In this document: one piece after another, positions 1-8,935 of the stretch
Layout: every line of letters begins with the position of its first letter
Position numbering within the stretch: the stretch's first letter is position 1
NCBI GenBank assembly: GCA_045587445.1
Contig: JAZNCH010000053.1
Location: 13,978-77,977 of the forward strand
Source: Eubacteriales bacterium
GTDB taxonomy: Bacteria; Bacillota; Clostridia; Oscillospirales; CAG-272
Length of the DNA stretch: 64,000 nt
Direction: 5' to 3'
Made by a program: the position numbers and the translations under genes
The notes under the pieces: generated by a model
What the model saw: only the letters and a program-made list of their open reading frames with translations
What the model was told of the DNA's origin: nothing
The model's database searches: none

Positions 1-125
1 AGAAAGACTTTTACGTCTTCAAAGCAGTCTTTGTCTCTGCAGGAGTCAAGGATACGGTTTGTATCAATGCATACGTTTTCCTTGTTACCGAAAGAACCAA
101 GACAGCTTGATTTGTTATCAGCCAT
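1..125 (-). CDS. N-terminal part of a Cys-rich hypothetical protein (runs off window start)
   Basis: ATG at 125-123 with GGAGG SD (complement of 136-140). Hand translation MADNKSSCLGSFGNKENVCIDTNRILDSCRDKDCFEDVKVF stays open to position 1. Confidence 0.45.
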   Translation of the reverse strand, partial: MADNKSSCLGSFGNKENVCIDTNRILDSCRDKDCFEDVKVF

Positions 126-371
126 AATAATAATTCCTCCATATATGTTAAAAAATAATAAATCAAAAGTCAGGTAAGAATACCTTGGTATTATAATATG
201 CTTAAGAAAATAAAGAGTTCTTTTTTGAGTAAATAATTTAAAAAAATATTTGAAAGTTTTTATTCCAATTTTGAAAGGAATATGTTATAATATATAGGTA
301 CTATAATGTATTATATGACAGAAAAAATATAGACGTACAAAACTTTTTCACAGGGACTCAAGGGGGACAAG

Positions 372-2774
372 ATGGAGAAAAAACTGACGGCTTTGGAAGA
401 AAGATTTATTAAGGCGAAGAGGGAACTTTTTGATATTCTTTACGGACATTTGAATGATATGCAAACAAAGGCTGTATTTACGGTAAATAACCCGCTTTTG
501 ATTTTGGCGGGAGCCGGAAGCGGAAAGACTACCGTTCTCGTAAATAGAATTGCATATATCATCAAATTTGGCAATTCGTATTATTCGGAAATTACGCCGC
601 TTGATTTGGAGATTGCCGACGTTGAGCGTTTGGAAAATGCGAAGAATGCAGATAAAGAAGAGATAGAAGGACTTTTACGTGAATATGCCGTTGAGCCGTG
701 TGCGCCTTGGGGAGTTCTTGCGATTACTTTTACCAATAAGGCGGCAAAGGAGATAGCCGAGAGATTAGAGCGAGACTTGAAAGAAGAAGTTAACGATATA
801 TGGACGGGAACCTTCCACACTGTTTGTCTCAGAATGCTTAGAAAATTTGGTGACAGAATAGGGCTTGGCAAGAGCAATCTTACGATATATGATGCCGATG
901 ATACGAAGAAGCTTCTTTCTTCATGTATGAAGGAATTAAATATTGACGAAAAGTACTTGAATCCGAAGCTTGTAAGAAATGAGATAAGCAGAGCTAAGGA
1001 CAAGCTTATTACTCCCGAACTCTATGCAAAAGACTCGGTAGATGAGAACGGAACGGCAAACTTTAGGCTTGTGAAGATAGCAAATATCTACAGATTATAT
1101 CAGCAGAAGTTGACAGATGCGAACGCAGTTGATTTTGACGATATAATTATGAAGACCGTTGAGCTTTTGGAGACGGACGAAGAGGTGAGAAAGTACTATC
1201 AAAGAAAATTCAAATACGTTTGCATAGATGAGTATCAGGATACCAACCACGCCCAGTTTGTATTGGCTTCATTGCTTGCGGGCGGATACAATAATATTAT
1301 GGCAGTCGGCGACGACGACCAGAGTATTTATAAATTCAGAGGCGCGACGATAGAGAATATATTGAATTTTGACAAGACGTTTGAAAACGTATCTGTTATA
1401 AAACTTGAACAAAACTATAGGTCGACGAAATATATACTTGATGCGGCGAATTCTGTTATAAGAAATAATATAGGCAGAAAAGGCAAGGAATTATGGACCG
1501 AAAAGCAGGGCGGAGAGCAGATAACCCTACGTCGTTGCGACAATCAGGTTGACGAAGCAAAATACATAATCAATAAGATAGTTGAATTGGTTATAAAAGA
1601 AAAGAGAAAGTATTCCGATTTTGCTATACTCTGCAGAATGAACGTTCAGTCGAGTACTATAGAAAACGTATTCGTAAAAAGCGGAATACCTTTCCGTATG
1701 CTTTGCGGGCAGAGATTTTACGAGCGTAAAGAGGTAAAAGATATTCTTTCGTATCTTTGTCTTATAAATAATCCCGACGATAATTTGAGACTCAGAAGAA
1801 TAGTAAACGAACCTAAACGTAAGCTTGGCGATACGACAATGAACGCCGTTGAAAAGATAGCGGCAGCAGAAGGCTGCAGTATGTTCACGGTTATGAAAAA
1901 CTGTATGAAATACAAGGCTTTGTCGCAGGCAAGTACAAAGCTTACCGATTTTGTTTTGCTTATAGAGCATTTAAGAGAATTGGCGGAAAGAGTGCCCTTG
2001 AACGAATTGGTTGAAAAGACGATAAGACTTTCGGGCTATGAAAATATGCTTATATCTGCGGGCGAAGAAGAGAAGGACAGGCTTGAAAACGTACTTCAGA
2101 TGATTTCAAACGCAGAAGAATATATGGGAAATAACCCCGAGGGGACACTTGCATCGTATCTTGAAGAAGTATCGTTGGTGGCAGATATAGACAACTACGA
2201 CAAGGACGCAGAAGCCGTAACGATTATGACGGTACATAGTGCGAAGGGACTTGAATTTCCCGTAGTATTTATTCCGGGACTTGAAGAGGGAATATTTCCC
2301 GGTGGACAGAACGTACTTGATGAAGAGGTTGAGGAAGAGAGAAGACTTTGTTACGTTGCAATAACGAGAGCGAGAGAATCGCTTATATGTACACACGTAA
2401 GAGAGAGAATGGTGTTCGGCCAAACTCAATATAACAGGATGTCGCGTTTTGTTGATGAAATCCCTAACGAATATATAAATAGAGAGCTTTCCGACGCGGA
2501 AAAGGCTGTAAACGAACAAAGGAACAGTTTTAAACCGAGAAGATCTATCGAGATTTCAAGGGAGCTTACGAACAAGCCTAAGGAAATTCGCAAAGCGGCT
2601 GCACAGACCGCAAGCAGTTTTTCGACAGGTGATAGGGTAAGACATATTACTTTTGGCGAAGGAACTGTGCTTTCTGCGAAGCCGATGGGGGCAGATATAT
2701 TATATGAAATAGCGTTTGACAATGCCGGTACGAAGAAGCTTATGGCAACTTACGCAAAACTGAAAAAGATTTAA
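372..2774 (+). CDS. pcrA: ATP-dependent DNA helicase PcrA/UvrD family
   Basis: 800-aa ORF. Walker A AGAGSGKTTVL, TFTNKAA, DEYQDTN, VGDDDQSIYKFRGA, QNYRS, VHSAKGLEF and YVAITRA helicase motifs in canonical order. Confidence 0.95.
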   Translation: MEKKLTALEERFIKAKRELFDILYGHLNDMQTKAVFTVNNPLLILAGAGSGKTTVLVNRIAYIIKFGNSYYSEITPLDLEIADVERLENAKNADKEEIEGLLREYAVEPCAPWGVLAITFTNKAAKEIAERLERDLKEEVNDIWTGTFHTVCLRMLRKFGDRIGLGKSNLTIYDADDTKKLLSSCMKELNIDEKYLNPKLVRNEISRAKDKLITPELYAKDSVDENGTANFRLVKIANIYRLYQQKLTDANAVDFDDIIMKTVELLETDEEVRKYYQRKFKYVCIDEYQDTNHAQFVLASLLAGGYNNIMAVGDDDQSIYKFRGATIENILNFDKTFENVSVIKLEQNYRSTKYILDAANSVIRNNIGRKGKELWTEKQGGEQITLRRCDNQVDEAKYIINKIVELVIKEKRKYSDFAILCRMNVQSSTIENVFVKSGIPFRMLCGQRFYERKEVKDILSYLCLINNPDDNLRLRRIVNEPKRKLGDTTMNAVEKIAAAEGCSMFTVMKNCMKYKALSQASTKLTDFVLLIEHLRELAERVPLNELVEKTIRLSGYENMLISAGEEEKDRLENVLQMISNAEEYMGNNPEGTLASYLEEVSLVADIDNYDKDAEAVTIMTVHSAKGLEFPVVFIPGLEEGIFPGGQNVLDEEVEEERRLCYVAITRARESLICTHVRERMVFGQTQYNRMSRFVDEIPNEYINRELSDAEKAVNEQRNSFKPRRSIEISRELTNKPKEIRKAAAQTASSFSTGDRVRHITFGEGTVLSAKPMGADILYEIAFDNAGTKKLMATYAKLKKI

Positions 2775-2882
2775 CATATAAAAGGCTCTCCCTTCGGGAG
2801 AGCTGTCGCGAAGCGACTGAGAGGGCTATTTATGTAAAAATGAATAATGGATAGTGAATATTGAATAGTGAAGAGTTGAGGT

Positions 2883-2917
2883 AGGGATTTGCCGAACAAT
2901 CGGCAAATCCCTTTTTG
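2883..2917 (+). terminator. Intrinsic terminator after pcrA
   Basis: Perfect hairpin agggatttgccg-aacaa-tcggcaaatccct followed by ttttt. Preceded by smaller hairpins at 2785-2803 and 2805-2817. Confidence 0.65.
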
Positions 2918-2929
2918 TGCTTTTTTGTA

Positions 2930-2958
2930 TTGACAAAAGTTTTCTATAGGTGTATTAT
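2930..2958 (+). promoter_or_regulatory. Sigma-A type promoter for the B12-riboswitch operon
   Basis: TTGACA (2930-2935), 17-nt spacer, TATTAT (2953-2958). Confidence 0.55.
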
Positions 2959-2961
2959 AAC

Positions 2962-3175
2962 TGTGTGCTTATTCGGGGAAGTAGGTGAAAGTCCTACACG
3001 AGCCCGTCGCCGTATTATGCAAAAAGAAATATTTTTCTTATCCGAAGCCGCTTTTCGGAGAAAGTGTCATTGGGCTATATGCTTGAGAAGACAGAAAAAT
3101 ATGCATAGAAGTCGGTATATCCGAAATAGGCATAAATCATTTCAGAAAAAACTCCGCGAGGGCCGGAGAAAATGA
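2962..3175 (+). promoter_or_regulatory. Cobalamin (B12) riboswitch
   Basis: Core ggggaagtaggtgaaagtcctacacgagcccgtcgccgta matches the conserved GGGAAG..GGUGAAA.UCC...GCCCG.CGCCGU segment. Downstream gaagtcggtatatccgaa is B12-box-like. It sits directly upstream of DUF4430 and S-component genes, a typical B12 regulon. The 86-aa ORF called here is spurious. Confidence 0.65.
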
Positions 3176-3215
3176 AATGTAAAAGACAAATTAATATTTA
3201 AAAGGAGAAAACACA

Positions 3216-3740
3216 ATGACAACAAAACAGGTAAAAAAAGTGTTGTCTGTAATCCTTTGTGCAGTGCTTATAGCGGCTACGGCACTTATGACAATCGGTT
3301 GCAGCAATGAAGTGGGCGGAAACGAAGAAACGAAAGCTGAAAACAAAGAAAACCCAATGATTGAAAGCAACGAGGGCGGGGAATCACCCGATGGGGAAAA
3401 CGAACCTTCGGAATCAAACGAAGAAGTGGGAGCGAAAGTTCTCGGCGAAGGCAAAAACAAGTTTGATTTCAACGTTGTTAATATCGAGGGTAAAGTAACA
3501 CAGTTTGTTATTCAAACCGACAAGGAAATTGTGGGCGAAGCATTGCTTGAGCTTGGACTTATCAAGGGAGAAGCAGGGCCTTACGGCTTGTACGTAAAAG
3601 AGGTTAACGGAATAGTAGCCGATTATGACAAGGACAAGACGTATTGGGGATTTTACGTTGACGGAGAGTACGCTATGTCCGGTGTTGATATGACTAAAAT
3701 TGAGAGTGGAAAGACGTATTCCTTTAAGGTTTCCAAATAA
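3216..3740 (+). CDS. Secreted or lipid-anchored DUF4430-type (transcobalamin-like) putative corrinoid-binding protein
   Basis: Signal peptide ending MTIGCSN (lipobox-like), acidic linker, then a C-terminal about 95-aa domain (LYVKEVNG...DKTYWGFYVDGEYAMSGVD) typical of DUF4430. B12 riboswitch upstream. Confidence 0.75.
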   Translation: MTTKQVKKVLSVILCAVLIAATALMTIGCSNEVGGNEETKAENKENPMIESNEGGESPDGENEPSESNEEVGAKVLGEGKNKFDFNVVNIEGKVTQFVIQTDKEIVGEALLELGLIKGEAGPYGLYVKEVNGIVADYDKDKTYWGFYVDGEYAMSGVDMTKIESGKTYSFKVSK

Positions 3741-4252
3741 TGAAACTAAACATTAAAGAGATAGCTATATTCGGTATGCTCGGCGGTTTGATGTTTGCAT
3801 CAAAACTTGCTATGGAAGTATTTCCTAATATACACTTAATCGGTGTATTTATAGTAGCTATTACCGTTGTATATAGGGTTAAGGCATTGTATCCTATTTA
3901 CATATTCGTGTTTGTATTTGGATTGTTTTACGGATTTAATATATGGTGGTTGCCGTATTTATACATATGGACTATTCTTTGGGGAGCAGTAATGCTTTTG
4001 CCGAAGAGAATGTCGCCCAAGGTAGCACCGTTTGTATATATGATTGTATGCGGACTTCACGGTTTTTTATACGGAACTCTGTATGCACCTGCACAGGCGA
4101 TAATGTTTGGATTTACTTTTAAGCAAACTGTAGCTTGGATAGTAGCGGGAATACCGTTTGACGCTATACACGGAGTAAGCAATTTAATATGCGGTATGCT
4201 TATTGTTCCGCTAATTAAAGCGATGCGACTTGCCAACCGATATACACGTTGA
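3740..4252 (+). CDS. ECF-transporter S-component-like membrane protein (putative corrinoid-specific)
   Basis: 170 aa, about 5-6 TM helices, start overlaps the upstream stop (TAATG). Same riboswitch-controlled operon. Confidence 0.65.
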   Translation: MKLNIKEIAIFGMLGGLMFASKLAMEVFPNIHLIGVFIVAITVVYRVKALYPIYIFVFVFGLFYGFNIWWLPYLYIWTILWGAVMLLPKRMSPKVAPFVYMIVCGLHGFLYGTLYAPAQAIMFGFTFKQTVAWIVAGIPFDAIHGVSNLICGMLIVPLIKAMRLANRYTR

Positions 4253-4263
4253 ATACAAAGATT

Positions 4264-4297
4264 AGAACTGTTGCAAATATGCGGCAGTTCTTTTTTT
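4264..4297 (+). terminator. Intrinsic terminator
   Basis: agaactg...cagttct hairpin followed by a T7 run. Confidence 0.6.
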
Positions 4298-4309
4298 GGT
4301 GAAATCCTA

Positions 4310-4338
4310 TTGACAAGAGATGAAAAGAGTGCTATAAT
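4310..4338 (+). promoter_or_regulatory. Sigma-A consensus promoter of the trpB leader
   Basis: TTGACA (4310-4315), 17-nt spacer, TATAAT (4333-4338). Confidence 0.7.
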
Positions 4339-4344
4339 CCATAC

Positions 4345-4650
4345 ATAGTTGTAAATAAACCGTTGATTCGGAGATAAAAATGTTTATGCTTCCACAGAGA
4401 GTCGGGGAAGGCTGAGAGCCCGATGAAAAACAGAGCATTAAATGGACCGAGGAGGGTGCAGTCAAAGGTGATTAGGTGAATTGCCGAGTATTCTGCAACG
4501 GATTGAAGACTCCCGTAAGAAGTCTAAGATATGTTTGTATCTTGCAAAGGTGTGCGGTGATTGTACCGTGAAACAAGGTGGCAACGCGGATAAAAAGTTT
4601 ATTCGTCCTTGACAGAAAAGAAGAATTTCTGTCGGGGATTTTTGTTTTTA
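4345..4650 (+). promoter_or_regulatory. T-box leader, Trp (UGG) specifier
   Basis: AGAGA bulge and GCUGAGA distal-loop motifs (4397-4418). Candidate specifier UGG-A at 4443-4446. T-box sequence aaacaaggtggcaacgcgg (4571-4589). Terminator hairpin 4606-4638 plus a T-run. The 89-aa minus-strand ORF called here is spurious. Confidence 0.8.
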
Positions 4651-4768
4651 ACAAAGACGGAGGAAAAACTACAGTGAAACTTTTGACAAGACGATGGCGA
4701 GTCATAAAGTAAGCCGCGTAACAATTAATAAATAAAAACAACTTATATAAATTTTGGAGGAAAGAATT

Positions 4769-5989
4769 ATGGTATTTAACGGTGTTGATTTTGATACTTA
4801 TTTTAACAACTATCCCGATGAGAACGGTTATTTTGGAAAATACGGCGGAGTATATATTGATGACAAATTAAAGGCGGCAATGGCTGAAATAACGGAGGCA
4901 TATTACAGCATTTGTCAGTCGAGAAAGTTTATTGCAGAGCTCAGAAGAATCAGAAAGGAATTTCAGGGAAGACCTACTCCTGTAACCCATCTTGAAAGAC
5001 TTTCCGATGCACTTGGCGGCAAGGTTCAGCTTTATGCAAAGCGTGAGGACTTGAACCATTCCGGTGCTCATAAACTCAATCATTGTATGGGTGAAGCATT
5101 ACTTGCCAAATATATGGGCAAGAAAAAAGTAATTGCAGAGACGGGGGCCGGACAGCACGGTGTTGCCCTTGCGACTGCAGCTGCATATTTTGGACTTGAA
5201 TGTGATATTTATATGGGTACTGTTGATATTAAAAAACAGGCACCTAATGTAGCAAGAATGAAGATACTCGGTGCAAACGTTGTCGAGGTAACTCACGGAT
5301 TACAGACATTAAAAGAAGCAGTTGATGCTGCTTTTGATGCATACAGCAAGGAGTATAAGGACTCCATTTATTGCATTGGCTCGGTTTTGGGTCCCCATCC
5401 TTTTCCGATGATGGTTCGCGACTTCCAGAGTGTTGTAGGCATTGAAGCAAGAGACCAATTTGTTGAGATGACAGGTCATTTGCCCAGTTCAATTGTTGCT
5501 TGTGTTGGCGGTGGAAGTAATGCGGCAGGTCTTTTCGCAGGCTTCTTGAACGATCCCGTTGATATATACGGTGTAGAACCCCTTGGAAGAGGTCCCAAGC
5601 TTGGGGACCACGCGGCAAGCTTGAAATACGGAACAGAGGGAATTATGCACGGATTTAACAGCATAATGCTTAAAGATGAAAACGGTGAACCCGCTCCTGT
5701 ATATTCAGTTGCAAGTGGACTTGATTATCCGTCTTCCGGACCCGAACACGCATTTTTGCATGACCTCGGCAGAGTAATATATGACGTTGTTGATGACGAA
5801 GAGACAATAGATGCATTCTTTACACTTTCAAGACTTGAGGGTATTATTCCCGCAATTGAGAGTGCACACGCTGTTGCATACGGTATGAAACTTGCAAAGA
5901 AGATGGAGAAGGGATCAATTCTCATTAACCTTTCAGGTCGTGGCGACAAGGATATGGACTACGTAATAGAAAATTACGGAATTAGATAA
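4769..5989 (+). CDS. trpB: Tryptophan synthase beta chain (stand-alone, no trpA adjacent)
   Basis: [10 protein letters not shown] (PLP lysine region), [16 protein letters not shown] motifs. Start moved to ATG 4769, 9 nt after GGAGG. Confidence 0.93.
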   Translation: MVFNGVDFDTYFNNYPDENGYFGKYGGVYIDDKLKAAMAEITEAYYSICQSRKFIAELRRIRKEFQGRPTPVTHLERLSDALGGKVQLYAKREDLNHSGAHKLNHCMGEALLAKYMGKKKVIAETGAGQHGVALATAAAYFGLECDIYMGTVDIKKQAPNVARMKILGANVVEVTHGLQTLKEAVDAAFDAYSKEYKDSIYCIGSVLGPHPFPMMVRDFQSVVGIEARDQFVEMTGHLPSSIVACVGGGSNAAGLFAGFLNDPVDIYGVEPLGRGPKLGDHAASLKYGTEGIMHGFNSIMLKDENGEPAPVYSVASGLDYPSSGPEHAFLHDLGRVIYDVVDDEETIDAFFTLSRLEGIIPAIESAHAVAYGMKLAKKMEKGSILINLSGRGDKDMDYVIENYGIR

Positions 5990-5996
5990 ATAAAGT

Positions 5997-6026
5997 ATCC
6001 CCGCATTATGCGGGGATTTAATTTTT
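5997..6026 (+). terminator. Intrinsic terminator after trpB
   Basis: atccccgca-tta-tgcggggat hairpin followed by ttaattttt. Confidence 0.7.
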
Positions 6027-6186
6027 GCAGACATACGTATGTAGAACTCTGCGTGTATTTATCTGCGTAAACAGAAAAAAGCAGCAAAACAGGAACTATT
6101 AACAAGGAAAAAATTGCATTCGCACAACAAATCAAATTATCAGTACATTTAATAAATTAATTATAATAACAAAATAAAAAAACAAC

Positions 6187-6215
6187 TTGAATTTTACCTG
6201 CACTTATGTTATAAT
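6187..6215 (+). promoter_or_regulatory. Promoter of tRNA-Arg
   Basis: TTGAAT, 17-nt spacer, TATAAT (6210-6215), about 20 nt before the tRNA. Confidence 0.55.
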
Positions 6216-6234
6216 GATAAGGTCAATTTATTAT

Positions 6235-6309
6235 GCCTGCATAGTTAAATGGATATAACAAACCCCTCCTAAGGGTTAGTTACAGGTTCGATTCCTGTTG
6301 CGGGTGCCA
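6235..6309 (+). tRNA. tRNA-Arg (anticodon CCU)
   Basis: Acceptor stem gcctgca/tgcgggt, anticodon stem aaccc/gggtt with loop CUCCUAA, T-arm acagg-ttcgatt-cctgt, encoded CCA. Confidence 0.9.
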
Positions 6310-6412
6310 AAAAGTTGAATTATTAACATTTATTTGTTATAATACTTGGGATATAACGAAAAATATATATTTTTTGTTTGATGGGATAGTAAAAAAATAG
6401 GAGGAGAGAAAT

Positions 6413-7474
6413 ATGCGTTCACTCAGGGCATTTTTTATTTCGTTTGTGTTGGCTTTGAGCATTTTGGGAGCTCTTACGTTCACTATGTTAAATAAATCTC
6501 TTACTTTTAGTTTTTCGACTCCTACACTTGAAAACAGCACGCTTGCAGAGGAGGAAACAAAACAAAAGCCGCTTTCGGCGTTTACTTCTCCGGAAGATGA
6601 TAAGCCTTCAGGCGCTGACAATAATGACAAAAAAACTGACAATAATGCAGAAACCAAAAAGGAGCCTGAAATCAAGCTTCCCGAAGGGGACGTGTCATCT
6701 ACAACGTTTTTGTTTGTAAGTACGGACTACCAACCCGGCTTGTTTAATTACAAGGAATCCGGATATGACGAAAACGGTTTATACGTTAAGAAAAAAGAAG
6801 TTTTGGCAGACGCTTTACTTCTGATGAAAATTGACAGAGCGAGTAAGACGTTTATGTTTTCATCTATCCCCGCAAACACTGTTGTAAACCAATCGACCAA
6901 CAAGACGGTAGCCAAGCTCTATAGTGAAAAGGGTGCGTCTTATATGGTGAATTGCGTGTTTGCATTAACCGGTATTAAGGTTGAGCATCTAATGGTTATA
7001 AGCGTTGAAGACGGTGTAAAAGCTCTAAAAAAAGTAGGTAATGTTTCATACGATGTTCCTTGTGATATGGTTCAAGTAAAAGAAAGCGAAAAGTATGAAA
7101 TTAACTTGAAAGCGGGTTATCAGGAGTTGACACCGAAACAGGTTGTGTCAATGTTGAGATTTACTGCTTTTCCCGATGATTCGAATTTAACACGTGAAAG
7201 ACTTATAGTTGATTTTTCGAAGTCATTGATTTACAAACTTACGTCTCCTGCTTACATAGGAACAGCAGTTTCATTGTTTTCTGATACTGTAGGATATTTT
7301 GAGACGGAATTTACGGTGGAAGATTTTAAAGAGCACATGGATCTGTTTTTCTCGTTCCCGAATTATAATACAAAAACAGTTACATATCCCGGATACACTA
7401 CAGATATGTATGGCGAAGAGGTGTTTATACCAAGTATTGGGGAAGCTGTAGGCGCGTACGAAGAATATAAATAA
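6413..7474 (+). CDS. Membrane-anchored LytR-CpsA-Psr (LCP)-like protein with divergent motifs
   Basis: N-terminal TM. FLFVSTD...[27 protein letters not shown]...Y aligns by eye to the LCP pattern (LLLGxD..RSDTIML......SIPRDT), but the conserved R/D positions are replaced. Confidence 0.5.
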   Translation: MRSLRAFFISFVLALSILGALTFTMLNKSLTFSFSTPTLENSTLAEEETKQKPLSAFTSPEDDKPSGADNNDKKTDNNAETKKEPEIKLPEGDVSSTTFLFVSTDYQPGLFNYKESGYDENGLYVKKKEVLADALLLMKIDRASKTFMFSSIPANTVVNQSTNKTVAKLYSEKGASYMVNCVFALTGIKVEHLMVISVEDGVKALKKVGNVSYDVPCDMVQVKESEKYEINLKAGYQELTPKQVVSMLRFTAFPDDSNLTRERLIVDFSKSLIYKLTSPAYIGTAVSLFSDTVGYFETEFTVEDFKEHMDLFFSFPNYNTKTVTYPGYTTDMYGEEVFIPSIGEAVGAYEEYK

Positions 7475-7497
7475 TATCAATATATAGGAGTATCATC

Positions 7498-8889
7498 ATG
7501 AATAACACAGAAAAGACGATGGAGAAAATTGTTGCCTTATGTAAGAATCGCGGATTCGTATTTAGCGGTTCTGAAATATACGGAGGACTTGCAAACTCTT
7601 GGGATTACGGACCTCTCGGGGTTGAAGTAAAGAACAATGTAAAAAAAGCATGGTGGAAGAAGTTCGTTCAGGAATCTAAGCTTAACGTAGGTCTTGACAG
7701 CGCGATTTTAATGAACCCTGAAGTTTGGGTTGCATCGGGGCACGTTGTAAACTTCAACGATCCGCTTATCGACTGCAAGTCTTGTAAGATGAGACATAGA
7801 GCAGACAAGCTTATTGAAGAGTGGGCAAAAGAAAACGGCAAGGACGTTAAGGTTGAAGGAATGACCAATGAAGAAATGTCTGACTTCATAGCAGAAAACG
7901 GCGTAGCATGTACAGGTTGCGGAAAGAGCGACTTTACACCTATTCGTAAGTTTAATATGATGTTTAAGACGTTTCAGGGGGTAACAGAAGACTCACAGTC
8001 ACAGATTTATATGCGTCCCGAAACAGCTCAGGGGATATTTGTAAACTTTGCAAACGTACAGAGAACAACAAGAAAGAAGATTCCTTTTGGAATTGCACAG
8101 ATAGGTAAATCATTTAGAAATGAAATTACTCCCGGAAACTTTACTTTCCGTACACGTGAATTTGAACAGATGGAGCTTGAATTCTTCTGCAAACCCGGCA
8201 CTGACCTTGAATGGTTTGCATATTGGAAGAACTTCTGTGCAGAATTCCTTTATTCTCTTGGTATGAAGAAAGAAAACCTCAAGCTTCGTGACCATGAACC
8301 CGAAGAACTTTCTCACTATTCAAATGCAACGACAGACTTTGAATTTTTGTTCCCATTTGGTTGGGGCGAACTTTGGGGCATAGCGGACCGTACAGACTTT
8401 GACCTCAAGGCTCATTCAGAGCATTCCGGAAAAGACCTCAGCTACTTTGACCCTGAAACAAACGAAAGATATATTCCTTATTGTATCGAGCCTTCTTTGG
8501 GGGCAGACCGTGTTGTATTGGCTTTCCTTATCGATGCATACGATGAAGAAGAAATAGCTGAAGGCGACGTAAGAAACGTGCTCAGACTTCACCCCGCGCT
8601 TGCTCCTTTCAAGTGCGCTGTCCTTCCTCTTTCAAAGAAGCTTTCCGAGGAAGCGGGAGAGGTTTACGAAAAGTTGGCTAAGACGTTTATGGTTGACTTT
8701 GACGAAACAGGTTCAATCGGCAAGAGATATCGCCGTCAGGACGAAATCGGAACTCCTCTCTGTATCACATATGACTTTGATTCAAAAGAAGACGGTTGCG
8801 TAACAGTAAGAGACCGTGATACAATGGAACAGATTCGTATTTCTATTGACAGTCTTGAAGAGTATATCCGTTCTAAGATTGAGTTTTAA
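7498..8889 (+). CDS. glyQS: Glycine--tRNA ligase (alpha2 type)
   Basis: 463 aa. [24 protein letters not shown] and [25 protein letters not shown] class II motifs. Confidence 0.95.
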   Translation: MNNTEKTMEKIVALCKNRGFVFSGSEIYGGLANSWDYGPLGVEVKNNVKKAWWKKFVQESKLNVGLDSAILMNPEVWVASGHVVNFNDPLIDCKSCKMRHRADKLIEEWAKENGKDVKVEGMTNEEMSDFIAENGVACTGCGKSDFTPIRKFNMMFKTFQGVTEDSQSQIYMRPETAQGIFVNFANVQRTTRKKIPFGIAQIGKSFRNEITPGNFTFRTREFEQMELEFFCKPGTDLEWFAYWKNFCAEFLYSLGMKKENLKLRDHEPEELSHYSNATTDFEFLFPFGWGELWGIADRTDFDLKAHSEHSGKDLSYFDPETNERYIPYCIEPSLGADRVVLAFLIDAYDEEEIAEGDVRNVLRLHPALAPFKCAVLPLSKKLSEEAGEVYEKLAKTFMVDFDETGSIGKRYRRQDEIGTPLCITYDFDSKEDGCVTVRDRDTMEQIRISIDSLEEYIRSKIEF

Positions 8890-8900
8890 TTTTATGATAT

Positions 8901-8931
8901 AAAAAGAACCGAGTTTTCTCGGTTCTTTTTA
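8901..8931. terminator. Bidirectional intrinsic terminator (glyQS and the convergent gene)
   Basis: aaaaagaaccgag-tttt-ctcggttcttttt, with an A-run and a T-run flanking a 9-bp stem. Confidence 0.7.
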
Positions 8932-8935
8932 TATG

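Noticed and set aside
2915-3175. 86-aa ORF
   Set aside because: It lies entirely within the cobalamin riboswitch. It is Arg/Lys-rich, has no SD, and its start precedes the promoter -10.
4472-4741. 89-aa minus-strand ORF
   Set aside because: It is antisense to the trpB T-box leader and terminator. It is not coding.
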